Shown: positions 47,496 through 57,361, numbered from the stretch's first letter. The stretch: DNA of 64,000 nt from an uncultured Acidobacteriota bacterium (GCA_963846425.1 CAWJVW010000005.1:3163732-3227731), one strand, 5' to 3'. Made by a program: numbers and translations. Notes: generated by a model from the letters alone, not told the origin.

Positions 47496-49708
47496 ATGCG
47501 TTTCGCAACAGCACTTCCATGGTGGGGGTACGTCACGGCGTTTGCCTTGGCGCTCGCGTTCGCATGGCTCACGTACGCGCGCGTTGCGGTTCTGTTGACC
47601 CGTCCCCAACGTGCGGTGCTCACCGCCCTTCGTGCCGTCACTTTGGTACTCCTCGTGTTTTTCCTGCTTCGTCCGGTCACATTCGTACGGGCGACCGGCG
47701 CCCGTGACAGCACGGTCGCGATCCTCGTCGATGTCTCCCGCAGCATGCGACTGGCAGACGTGGGCGCGCCGCGCATCGATCGCGCACGGACACTCGCGGA
47801 AAACCTGCGGACCGAGATCGGCGCTGATTTTCGGTACCTGAGCTCTTGTCGTTCGGCGAAGCCCTCTCCCGGGTCGATGCCACGCAGTTGACAGCACACG
47901 CTCGGCGCAGCGATCTCAGTGGCGCATTGACCGCGCTGGCCGATCGCTACCGCGGCCAGCGTCTCGCCGGCGTCGTGGTGCTCTCGGATGGTGGTGACAC
48001 GGCCTCGGAGGAAGCGGGGTCCACGCAGAAGCTGGACGTCCCGGTGTTCACCGTCGGTGTCGGCAACACATCGATTGCGCGCGACCGGGAGGTCATCAAT
48101 CTCACGGCCGGCGAACCCATTCTGTCGGAGTCCTCCGTTGACCTCAGCGTGTCCGTGACGAGCACAGGATTTGGCAACGCGCCCCTGGCGCTGCGCCTGA
48201 CGGCAAACGGCCGTCCAGTCGAGACACGGAATCTCACGCCACCCGACGACGGCATTCCGATGCACGAAGTGTTCACGGTCTCGCCCTCCACAGACGGACC
48301 GACGGTGTATGCGATTGAGATCCCCGCGGATGCGAGCGAGATCGCCGCCGAAAACAACCGCCGCAGCGTGGTCGTACCACAACAAGGCCGGCGGCGTCGG
48401 CTGCTGCTCGTCGAGGGGGCCCCAGGATTCGAGCACACGTTCCTCAAGCGTGCACTCGCACGCGATCGCTCCCTTGAAGTGGATTCTGTCGTTCGCAAAG
48501 GCCAGAACGACGAGGGACGTGACACGTTTTTCATCCAGGCGGCGGCGGGCCGCTCGGCAGCGCTGGCGGCCGGCTATCCGGCCAAGCGCGCGGACCTGTT
48601 TGCGTACGACGCGGTGATCTTCGGCAACATCGAAGGCGACTTCTTCAGCCGCGATCAACTCGGTATGACGACCGATTTCGTGGGCGCGCGCGGTGGTGGC
48701 CTGCTGGTTCTAGGCGCCCGTTCGTTCGAGCGGGCAGGTCTGGTCGGGACGCCCCTCGAAGAAGTCCTGCCGCTCGATTTGACGGACCGGCGCGGTGCAC
48801 CAACCATGACACTCGCAAGCGGGTCGCCTGCGGCCAATGCCCTGACGCTCACCCCCGATGGCGCCGCGCATCCCGCAACGCGGATCGCGGTGAATGTGGA
48901 TGAAAGTCGGAAACGCTGGAGCCAGCTCCCGCCGCTGGCTGCCGTAGCGGCCGCCGGATCTCCACGGCCCGGCGCGCAAGTGCTTGCCGTCAGTAACTAT
49001 GGCGGCCAGTTGCGGCCACTGCTCGCGACACAGCGCTACGGGTTGGGACGCGCGATGATTTTTGCAGGTGAAGCCTCGTGGCGCTGGCGCATGATGTTGC
49101 CGGCCAACGACACGACTCACGAGCTCGTCTGGCGTCAACTGGCGCGGTGGCTTGCCGCCGGCGCGGCGGAACGGATTGAGATTCCGCCGACCTCAGTCGG
49201 TCTTCCGGGCACCAACGAAACTGTCAGCGTGCTGGTGAGAGATGAAGAGTTCAAGCCGATCGGCAATGCCGAGGTCAGCATCCGCGTCACTGAGCCAGGG
49301 GGACAGGAGCGCTCGATTCCCGCCGCGCTGGCCAATCCCGGTGAGGGCCGTTACACGGCGTCCGTCCGATTCGACCAGACCGGCGTCTACATGATTGCGG
49401 CTGATGTGCGACGCGGATCGCAGGCGCTCGGATCCACGTCCCGGCCGACGCTCGTCGGTGGATCCGATGTGGAGCTCAGCGAACCGCGGCTCAACGAAGC
49501 CGTGCTTCGACGAATTGCCGAAACCACGGGCGGGCAGTACCTGCCCGCGTCCGAGGCCTCGTCGCTGGCCGGCTTGCTGCGAAAGAGCGAAGTCGGCAAC
49601 CCGCCGACCGAGATGCGTGATCTTTGGCACAACGCCTGGACGCTCATCCTCATCGTCGGGTTGCTCGCGGCGGAATGGATGGCCCGACGCCGCGTTGGCC
49701 TGGCTTGA
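47496..49708 (+). pseudogene. Membrane protein with N-terminal double-TM/vWA-like part and glutamine-amidotransferase-like (DUF1355-type) domain; frame broken near 47828-47836
   Basis: ORF 47496..47891 ends ...ENLRTEIGADFR. The continuation (V)PELLSFGEALSRVDATQL...VVVLSDGGDT is in ORF 47846..49708, frame -1. C-terminal TM. Confidence 0.6.
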
Positions 49709-49748
49709 ATCGAGAACAACGTCCATCGCTGGTGCTAAGGTAGTGAGA

Positions 49749-50702
49749 ATGCGCGTCGTCCTGCTGGTTGTGTTGGCGCTGGGCTTTGCCGCCGAAGCGC
49801 GAGCTGAAGAGCGTTGGGCCTTGATCCTTTCGGGGGCGTCGGGTGGGGCGAAGTATGCCGAGCAGATGCGCGACTGGCGCACGGCGTTGAATTCCGCTTT
49901 GGTGGATCGCTATGGCTTCTCGGCGGACAAAATCCGCGTTTTCGTCGACGAAACCATCAAGAGCGGGGAACAGGGCACCTCGGCCAATGTGCGAACCGCG
50001 ATCAGCGGAATCCGCCAGCAGATGACCCGCGACGACCTGCTGCTCCTCATCCTTTTGGGTCACGGCACTTCTGACGGGGACACTGCAAAGTTCAATCTGG
50101 TGGGTCCCGATCTCACGGCGCCCGAATGGGCCGTGCTCCTCAAGGGCTTGCCAGGCCGTCTCGTGGTCGTCAATACGACGGAGGCGAGCTTTCCTTTTCT
50201 CGAACGGCTCGCGGGCCCGAATCGTATCGTGATCACAGCGACTGATTCTGCGGCACAAAAGTACGCGACGGTGTTTCCCGACTACTTCGCGAAGGCAATG
50301 CGCGAAGCCTCGAGCGATCTGGACAAGAACGGACGCACATCGATCTTCGAGGTGTTTGCGGCGACCAGTGCCGCCGTGAAACAGCATTACGAGCAGCGGG
50401 GCCAACTCACAACCGAGCGCGCGGTCTTCGACGATAACGGCGATGGCGTCGGCCGCGAGTCCGAGGCCCCGGGGCCGGATGGGGCGCTCGCCCGCCTCCT
50501 CTATCTCGATGCCGAAACACCAGCCGCTGCAAACAATCCAGAGCTTGCTGCGCTGATCCGTCGCCGTCGCGAGCTCGAAGCCGAGGCCGAAGCACTCAAG
50601 TTGAAGAAGGGCGTCATGCCCGGCCCGGCCTGGGAGGCCGAGTACGAGAAGTTGATGATCGAGCTGGCGAAAGTCTCGCGCGACATCCGCGCCCGTTCCT
50701 AG
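49749..50702 (+). CDS. Secreted caspase/legumain (C13)-like fold protein
   Basis: Signal peptide, LLILLGHG His-Gly dyad, then VVVNTTEAS about 41 residues later where C13 peptidases have EAC. C-terminal coiled coil. Confidence 0.45.
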   Translation: MRVVLLVVLALGFAAEARAEERWALILSGASGGAKYAEQMRDWRTALNSALVDRYGFSADKIRVFVDETIKSGEQGTSANVRTAISGIRQQMTRDDLLLLILLGHGTSDGDTAKFNLVGPDLTAPEWAVLLKGLPGRLVVVNTTEASFPFLERLAGPNRIVITATDSAAQKYATVFPDYFAKAMREASSDLDKNGRTSIFEVFAATSAAVKQHYEQRGQLTTERAVFDDNGDGVGRESEAPGPDGALARLLYLDAETPAAANNPELAALIRRRRELEAEAEALKLKKGVMPGPAWEAEYEKLMIELAKVSRDIRARS

Positions 50703-50705
50703 CAA

Positions 50706-51248
50706 TCAGGAATCACGCCACTCGACCCGCGTGCGTTCCGCACGGCGCAGGATGAGGCAGAGCATTGCTCCGGTTCCAAATCCAGTGGCGTGGGCGGCGA
50801 GGCCGGGGGTGATATCGGACAGCTGCGGGTCAATGCTGGTTGCCGCCAGGATCAGCAGGTGCAGAAGAAACCAGGCACCGAGAAAAAATGCAGCGGGCAG
50901 CTCGTGAAGAGTCAGGGGAAGTGGAAAGAACAGTAGGATGCGTGATCGCGGATAGAGCAAAAAATACGCGCCCAAGACGCCGCTGACGGCCCCACTCGCG
51001 CCAATCAGTGTGTGTGTCAGGTCCGGGTCGAACACCGCCTGCATCACCGCCCCGGACATGCCGCTCAAACCGTAGAGAACGACGAATCGTAATCGTCCGG
51101 TCTGATCCTCCACATTGTCGCCAAAGAGCCATAGAAATAACACGTTGAGGAAGAACGGCAGCGCGCCTGCGTGGAAAAACAGCGGCGAGATCAAGATTGC
51201 GACACCGGACGGGAGAGGGACCGCCAGCCAGTGGAGCAGAAAGGCCAC
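50706..51248 (-). CDS. Rhomboid family intramembrane serine protease (5' end uncertain)
   Basis: FFHAGxxHxxxN, GASGAVSGVLGAY Ser motif, downstream His. The only canonical start (GTG 51248) falls in the middle of predicted TM1. Confidence 0.8.
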   Translation of the reverse strand: MAFLLHWLAVPLPSGVAILISPLFFHAGALPFFLNVLFLWLFGDNVEDQTGRLRFVVLYGLSGMSGAVMQAVFDPDLTHTLIGASGAVSGVLGAYFLLYPRSRILLFFPLPLTLHELPAAFFLGAWFLLHLLILAATSIDPQLSDITPGLAAHATGFGTGAMLCLILRRAERTRVEWRDS

Positions 51249-51318
51249 TGCATTGACGGCAATAAGCCCGAGGGTCGCGATCGGGATCGATCGAGTGGGG
51301 ATGACGTCTTGTACGGGT

Positions 51319-51408
51319 ATCAGGCTTCAGGCCCCAGGGATCAGAATTTTAGTATTCTGCACCTTCGTTCCCTGCCTGGGCCCTGGGCCCTGATCCCTGG
51401 GGCCTGAT
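51319..51408. repeat. Inverted pair of 7-bp-period arrays (CAGGSNN x4, then CCTGNNN x5)
   Basis: CAGG at 51321, 51328, 51335, (51342). CCTG at 51375, 51382, 51389, 51396, 51403. ATCAGGCCCCAGGGATCAG and CTGATCCCTGGGGCCTGAT are complementary. Confidence 0.85.
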
Positions 51409-51693
51409 ATGAAATGTCGTAACTGCGGAACCGAGATAGCCGAAAAAGCCCTGATTTGCTACCGATGTGGCACCGCGACCAGCGAGCCGCGCATTGCACC
51501 GCCTGCTGCGAAGCCGGTTCGGGGGCCGCTACCGCTGATCATGGCGATTCTGGTCATCATTGTCGCCGCTGTCGTCACGCTGCCCCAACTCCCGCCTGGC
51601 GAGAGCAGGCTAGCCGGTTGGGCGGCCCTGGTCGTCGTGACGCTGCTGGCAGTCTGGGTTCTGCGCCCGACCCCCAGGCGGAAGCGCCGATGA
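51409..51693 (+). CDS. Zinc-ribbon membrane protein
   Basis: MKCRNCG...CYRCG followed by two TM helices, 94 aa. Confidence 0.6.
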   Translation: MKCRNCGTEIAEKALICYRCGTATSEPRIAPPAAKPVRGPLPLIMAILVIIVAAVVTLPQLPPGESRLAGWAALVVVTLLAVWVLRPTPRRKRR

Positions 51694-51746
51694 GGTCTGC
51701 GTTATGATGCGTATGGATCCCGGAGGGGGTCCACCCCCGCTGACGA

Positions 51747-53360
51747 ATGTTAGGAGCACGCCTCGAAGTCAACGACGGGCTGGGTAGCCGCGTCATTCCG
51801 ATCGACAAGCCGGTTCTCGCCATCGGCCGTCGTGGTGAGAACGACCTTCGTCTATCTGGCAGTGACGTCTCGCGTGACCACGCGGAGATCGCTGCGGCCG
51901 ACGGCACTTACATCATTCGGGACAAAGGATCGCGCTACGGCACGTTCGTCAACGGCGAACAGGTTGCCGAGCGTGCGCTCCGCCATGGCGATCGGCTGCA
52001 GTTTGGTCGCGCGTCGGGGACCGATGTTGTTTTTCTAACCGAAGACGGGTCTGCCGCACCGCTCTCATCCGAGCGGCATCACCAGACAGCGGTCGGCGAC
52101 ATTCGGCAGCTTGCGACACTGCTGGAGGGGCTGCGGGCGCTCGGTTCTGGCCGCGTACTCGACGAGGTCCTGGCGTTGGTCCTCGACTCGGCCATCGAGG
52201 TCACGGGCGCGGAACGCGGCTTCGTCATGCTCGCGATCGAGGGGACGAACCTCGAAATGAAGCTGGCCCGCGCACGCGGAAAGATCACGCTGCCAGGAAA
52301 TCGATTTGATACCAGCCGGAAGATTCCTGAAGAGGTGTACGCGACTGGGGAGCCAAAGATCGTAGCCGACCTGCTCGACGGCGACTTGGCGAACGTGCAC
52401 ATGGGCACCGTGGCGTTGGGAATCCGCCACGTCTTGTGCGTGCCGCTGCGCCTCGTGCGCTATCTCGACAAGGCGGATCTGCCGAGCGAAACGAAAACGA
52501 CTGGCGTCCTGTATCTCGACAGCCGGGAAAAGGGTTCGCTGCTGTCGGCCAATACGCGGTCCTCGCTGGACATGCTTGCGAGTGAAGCCGGCGTGGCGAT
52601 CGAGAACGCGCGTCTCTATCGACAGACACTCGAACAGGCCCGGATCGAGCACGAGCTTCGGATCGCGGCGGAAATCCAGCGCGCCCTGCTACCCCCCGGC
52701 CGCCATGCAGGCGCGTTCTATGAGTCCATGAGCGCGTCGTTGCCCTCACGGTCGATCGGCGGAGATTTTTACGACTTCACGGATCGGCCGGACGGCAGTT
52801 TCGGCTTTGCGGTGGGCGACGTTTCCGGCAAGGGTCCGGCGGCCGCTCTTCTCACGGCCAAGATTCAGGGCCTCTTCAGCGCGCAGTTCGACGAAGCATC
52901 GCCAGCGCACACGATTCGCACGGTAAACAAGGGCCTCACACGCAGAGCCGTCGAGGCCAAGTACGCCACTGTGTTTCACGGCACGCTCAGTCCGACGGGC
53001 GTCCTGACCTACTGCAACGCCGGCCACAATCCGCCGCTGCTCTTCGGAACCGCCGGCCTGCGACGCCTGGAATCAGGCAGCATGCCGGTCGGATTCTTCG
53101 GCCACGCGCCATACACGGATCAAACCGAGCAGCTTCAACCTGGCGATGTGCTGATCGTCTACACCGACGGCGTCACCGAGGCGCTCGACGTCGACGGTCA
53201 AGAGTTTGGCGAGGAGCGGCTCGTCGATATCCTCACGCAGCGGCACACCGACGAAGCGACTGCCATCCTCGACGCGATCGTCGAAGGCGTGAAGACGTTT
53301 GCGCGCGGCGCGGCGCAGCATGACGATGTGACGGCGATGGTGGTGAAGTTCACGGGATGA
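51747..53360 (+). CDS. FHA-GAF-PP2C (SpoIIE-type) phosphatase
   Basis: FHA (IGRRGENDLRL...SRDHAEI...GSRYGTFVNG), a central GAF-like region, C-terminal PP2C (GGDFYDF, GDVSGKG, YTDGVTEA, DDVT). Confidence 0.85.
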   Translation: MLGARLEVNDGLGSRVIPIDKPVLAIGRRGENDLRLSGSDVSRDHAEIAAADGTYIIRDKGSRYGTFVNGEQVAERALRHGDRLQFGRASGTDVVFLTEDGSAAPLSSERHHQTAVGDIRQLATLLEGLRALGSGRVLDEVLALVLDSAIEVTGAERGFVMLAIEGTNLEMKLARARGKITLPGNRFDTSRKIPEEVYATGEPKIVADLLDGDLANVHMGTVALGIRHVLCVPLRLVRYLDKADLPSETKTTGVLYLDSREKGSLLSANTRSSLDMLASEAGVAIENARLYRQTLEQARIEHELRIAAEIQRALLPPGRHAGAFYESMSASLPSRSIGGDFYDFTDRPDGSFGFAVGDVSGKGPAAALLTAKIQGLFSAQFDEASPAHTIRTVNKGLTRRAVEAKYATVFHGTLSPTGVLTYCNAGHNPPLLFGTAGLRRLESGSMPVGFFGHAPYTDQTEQLQPGDVLIVYTDGVTEALDVDGQEFGEERLVDILTQRHTDEATAILDAIVEGVKTFARGAAQHDDVTAMVVKFTG

Positions 53361-53665
53361 GACACCGCCGCCTGGCCATTGCCCTCTGGATCACCTTCGC
53401 GTTCGTCACCTGGAATGTCGTCTTCGACCGCGGCGTCGCGGATGCCGCGGTCGAGTTGTCGCGCGATCAGATCGTGCGCTATCAGCAGGGTGCGCCGGTC
53501 GGCTCCATAGACATCCGGTTCCGTCCGCGCGTGAGGCAGGCCGCCGTAACCGCTACGCTCTACTCGGGTGTCGTCCTGCTGTGCGGTGTGGGAGCCCTGA
53601 TGCTCGCGGATCGCCGAGTCGCGGGACTGAAGTCCCGCGATCTCCATCCCCCCGCGCCTCGATGA
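53357..53665 (+). CDS. Small membrane hypothetical protein
   Basis: ATGA overlaps at both ends (with the phosphatase stop and the next gene's start). Two hydrophobic helices. Confidence 0.45.
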   Translation: MRHRRLAIALWITFAFVTWNVVFDRGVADAAVELSRDQIVRYQQGAPVGSIDIRFRPRVRQAAVTATLYSGVVLLCGVGALMLADRRVAGLKSRDLHPPAPR

Positions 53666-54873
53666 ATCCCCATCTGATCTACGACTGGAACAAGGTTGGA
53701 GCCGCCGCACCTCCGCCGCTGGTCATGCTGGACGACGAGACGCTGCGCGACGGATTGCAATCACCGTCAGTGCGCGCGCCGACCATCGATCAGAAGATTC
53801 GAATTCTGCATTTGATTGACTCGCTGGGCATCGACACCGCGGACATCGGCCTTCCGGGCGCGGGGCCGCACGTGGTGCGCGACGTCGAGCAGCTGGCCCG
53901 CGAGATTGCCAGCGCCCGCCTGAACGTGCGCGCCAATTGCGCGGCGCGCACGCACATCGACGACATCAGACCGATCGTCGAGGTCGTGCAGCGCACTGGC
54001 GTTCCGATCGAGTGCTGCACTTTCATCGGGTCCTCGCCGATCCGCCAGTACACAGAAGGCTGGACGCTCGAGTGGCTCCTCAGGTGCACGGAGGAAGCGA
54101 TCACGTTTGCCGTGGGGCAGGGCCTCGACGTGACTTATGTCACCGAGGACACGACCAGGGCCGACCCTGACACCCTGCGGGCGATTTATCGGTGCGCCAT
54201 TCGCGCGGGCGCCAGGCGGATCTGCGTTGCGGACACGGTGGGTCACGCAACCCCTATCGGCGCGGCGGCTGTCGTGCGCTTCGTGAGTCAAGTCATCCGC
54301 GACACCGGCGCTGAGGTCGGCATCGACTGGCACGGTCATCGAGATCGCGATCTGGCCGTCGTGAACAGCATTGCCGCGCTCGACGCAGGGGCCACGCGTC
54401 TGCACGGCGCAGCGCTCGGGATCGGCGAGCGCGTCGGCAACACACCGATGGACCTGCTGCTCGTCAATCTGGTACTGATGGGATACATCACTCGCGATTT
54501 GCGCCTCCTGAACGAATACTGCAAAACGGTGGCGGAGTCGTGTGCGGTGACGATTCCTGACAACTACCCGGTCATCGGACGTGACGCCTTTCGAACGGCG
54601 ACTGGTGTCCACGCCGCGGCGGTCGTGAAGGCATGGAAAAAAGGGGATCGGGAGCTGATGGATGCGGTGTACTCCGCCATCCCCGCCAGCTTGATTGGAC
54701 GTGAGCAGGAAATCGACGTCGGGCCCATGTCCGGCAAGTCGAACGTGATCTTCTGGCTCGAGAAGCGCGGCATCACACCCACTGACGTGATCGTCGATCG
54801 CGTCTTCCGTCGGGCGAAGGCGTCAGCGACCGTGCTGACGGAAGAAGAGATCCTCGCCGCTGTCTATCAGTAA
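53662..54873 (+). CDS. HMGL-like 2-isopropylmalate/homocitrate synthase family protein
   Basis: DETLRDGLQS, VADTVGHATP, HGHRDRDLAVVNS, ERVGNTPMD. Confidence 0.8.
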   Translation: MNPHLIYDWNKVGAAAPPPLVMLDDETLRDGLQSPSVRAPTIDQKIRILHLIDSLGIDTADIGLPGAGPHVVRDVEQLAREIASARLNVRANCAARTHIDDIRPIVEVVQRTGVPIECCTFIGSSPIRQYTEGWTLEWLLRCTEEAITFAVGQGLDVTYVTEDTTRADPDTLRAIYRCAIRAGARRICVADTVGHATPIGAAAVVRFVSQVIRDTGAEVGIDWHGHRDRDLAVVNSIAALDAGATRLHGAALGIGERVGNTPMDLLLVNLVLMGYITRDLRLLNEYCKTVAESCAVTIPDNYPVIGRDAFRTATGVHAAAVVKAWKKGDRELMDAVYSAIPASLIGREQEIDVGPMSGKSNVIFWLEKRGITPTDVIVDRVFRRAKASATVLTEEEILAAVYQ

Positions 54874-54927
54874 CGGACGTTGCGCGGAAGCGCGGAATCA
54901 CGGAACCAACAAAGGACAGTCGCGTGA

Positions 54928-55858
54928 TTACTGATCAGCCAATCGCTGCTCGATATCCGGCAGCGCCGCCAGCACCACTTCCCCCACGATCTGCAGGCTC
55001 CCGGCGCTGACGTTCTCCAGTGTGTCGGCCGCGGTGTGCCAGGCTGGGTAGTCGAGGTCGATGATATCGACGGCCGGGACGCCCGCCTTGAGGAAGGGCA
55101 CATGATCGTCTTCGACCGGGGTGCTCTCCATCACGAAATGTGCTTGATGTCCAAGGCGTCGCGCGGCGTTCCAGATGATGTCCGTGAGCCACGGGGTCGA
55201 TTGTGACTCGCGGCGGATGTTGAGGTCCTTGTCTCCGATCATGTCGAGCAGGATCAGTGCCTTGATGGATGACAGCGTATTCGCGGCGCGGCCCGCCTGC
55301 ACGTAATGGCGGCTGCCATAAGTCGAGTCCGTTGCGCTCCATTCGACGACCGCTTCCTCTCCGTCGAAGAACAGCAGCTCGATGGTGAACGGTCGCGGCC
55401 GGTCCTTGAGGACTCGGGCGAGTTCCAGAAGTGCGGCGGTACTCGATCCGCTATCGCTGGCGCCGACGAATCGAAAGTCGCGGAACAGCTTCGTATCGAA
55501 ATGGCTGGAAAGGATGATTCGTTCTGGCTTGGAACCAGGCAGGGTCGCGACCACGTTGGCCATCGCGACCGTGCCCAGCGGATGTACGGGCTTCGAAAGG
55601 CTGCTCGGTGGCGTTGATCCCCATGGCCGCGAGCGTCGAGATGATGTATTGCCGCGTCTTCACGTTTGCCGGTGTGCCCGACACGCGAGGCCCGATCTCC
55701 ACGAGATTGCGCATGTGCGCGTGTGCGCGTTGGCTGTCGAAACCGCTGGGCGGAGATTGCGTGGCTGCTGCGCAGGCCCACGAACCAAGAACAGCGACAG
55801 GCAGAAGGCAGAAGGCAAAAGGCAAAAGGCAAAACGGAAATCGTGCGCTACTCGACAT
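54928..55858 (-). pseudogene. M28-family aminopeptidase; frame broken near 55580-55585
   Basis: N-terminal part (signal peptide, RAHAHMRNLVEIGPRVSGTPA...EQPFEART) is in ORF 55451..55858. The continuation PLGTVAMANVVATLPG...SHFD...DSGSSTAALLE...FFDGEE...DDHVPF is in ORF 54928..55563, offset by one nucleotide. Confidence 0.75.
55800..55834. repeat. Direct 7-bp repeats GGCARAA x5 inside the signal-peptide coding region of the M28 gene
   Basis: GGCAGAA GGCAGAA GGCAAAA GGCAAAA GGCAAAA. On the coding strand this gives the 7-aa-period FPFCLLP FAFCLLP. Confidence 0.9.
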
Positions 55859-55896
55859 GTTCTCCTACGGGTGCGGGGCCGGTTCCTGGTCCCTGA

Positions 55897-57183
55897 TCAT
55901 GGGCGCTTGTCCATCGGGACATAATCACGCTTCGCCGAGCCCACGTAAATCTGCTTGGGCCGCGCAATCTTCTGCTCCGAATCGAGCAACATCTCTTCCC
56001 ACTGCGCAACCCACCCGACCGTGCGGGCGATGGCAAACAGGACGGCAAACATATCCACTGGGAACCCCATCGCCTGATAGATCAACCCGGAATAGAAATC
56101 GACATTCGGATACAGCTTGCGGCTGATGAAGTACTCGTCTTCGAGCGCGATACGTTCGAGCTCGAGCGCAATGTCGAGGAGCGGGTTCTTGCCGGTGACG
56201 TCGAAGACTTCGTAAGCGGTCTTCTTGATGATCTTCGCGCGAGGATCATAAGACTTGTAGACGCGGTGGCCAAAGCCCATCAACCGGCCGTCGCCACCCT
56301 TGACGCGCTTGATGAACGCGGGAATGTTGCTCGTGGAGCCAATCTCCTCCAACATCCGCAGCACGGCCTCGTTCGCTCCGCCGTGAAGCGGGCCATAGAG
56401 CGCAGCGGCCGCGCCGGCCAGCGCGGAATACGGATCGACGTGTGAACTGCCGATGTTGCGCATCGTACTGGTCGAGCAATTCTGCTCGTGATCCGCGTGC
56501 AGGATGAACAACACGTCGAGCGCACGTTCGAGCGCCGGGTCTGGCGAGTACTTCACTTCAGTCATCTTGAACAGCATGTTCAGGAAGTTGCCCGTGAAGC
56601 TGAGGTCGTTGTCCGGATAGACGTAGGGACGCCCGATGCTGTGCCGATAGGCGTATGCCGCAATCGTGGGGACCTTGGCGATCAGGCGATGGATTTGTCG
56701 CTTGCGGGACCGCTCATCGAAGATTTGTTTGCCGTCGGGGTAGAAGGTCGACAGCGCGGCGACCGTGCTCACGAAGACGCCCATCGGGTGGGCGTCGTAC
56801 GTATAGCCCTCCATGAACTTCTTGATGTTCTCGTGCACCATCGTGTGCATCGTGATGTCGTGGGTCCATGTGGCCAGCTGCGTCTTCGAGGGGAGCTCGC
56901 CGAACAGGATCAGGTAGGCCGTCTCGAGGTGCGTACTGGCTTCGGCCAACTGCTCGATCGGATACCCGCGATAGAGCAGAATTCCTTCGTCGCCGTCGAT
57001 GAAAGTAATGCGGCTCCGGCACGCAGCCGTGTTCATGAACGCCGGGTCGTAGGTCGCAAGGCCGAGATCGTTTGGACCGGTCTTGATCTGCTTGAGGTCG
57101 GTCGCGCGAATGGTGCCGTCGGTGATTGGCAGCTCGTATTGCTTCCCTGTCCGGTTGTCGGTAATCGTCAGCGTGTCAGCCAT
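55897..57183 (-). CDS. gltA: Citrate synthase
   Basis: MADTLTITDNRTGKQYELP start, HADHEQNCSTS, GPLHGGANE, GFGHRVYK. Confidence 0.95.
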   Translation of the reverse strand: MADTLTITDNRTGKQYELPITDGTIRATDLKQIKTGPNDLGLATYDPAFMNTAACRSRITFIDGDEGILLYRGYPIEQLAEASTHLETAYLILFGELPSKTQLATWTHDITMHTMVHENIKKFMEGYTYDAHPMGVFVSTVAALSTFYPDGKQIFDERSRKRQIHRLIAKVPTIAAYAYRHSIGRPYVYPDNDLSFTGNFLNMLFKMTEVKYSPDPALERALDVLFILHADHEQNCSTSTMRNIGSSHVDPYSALAGAAAALYGPLHGGANEAVLRMLEEIGSTSNIPAFIKRVKGGDGRLMGFGHRVYKSYDPRAKIIKKTAYEVFDVTGKNPLLDIALELERIALEDEYFISRKLYPNVDFYSGLIYQAMGFPVDMFAVLFAIARTVGWVAQWEEMLLDSEQKIARPKQIYVGSAKRDYVPMDKRP

Positions 57184-57361
57184 CGTCCTCGCCGTCGGCG
57201 TCCTGAGATTGTGGGGATGTCGTGGATGGAGTTTCCACACGATAGGCTCCATCAGCCCACCGCGCCTGATCCTGCGTCTGGCACCGCTGACTGCAGAACG
57301 GACGCCAGCGCGGGTCGACCGGGCGCGTGCGGCACGAAACGCACATTCGCGGCCGATCCAT
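57176..57361 (-). CDS. yacG: DNA gyrase inhibitor YacG (zinc-finger protein)
   Basis: CVSC...RPFCSQRCQTQDQARWADGAYRV matches the YacG CxxC...RPFCSxRC...W pattern. The 3' end overlaps the gltA start by 8 nt. Confidence 0.65.
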   Translation of the reverse strand: MDRPRMCVSCRTRPVDPRWRPFCSQRCQTQDQARWADGAYRVETPSTTSPQSQDADGEDDG

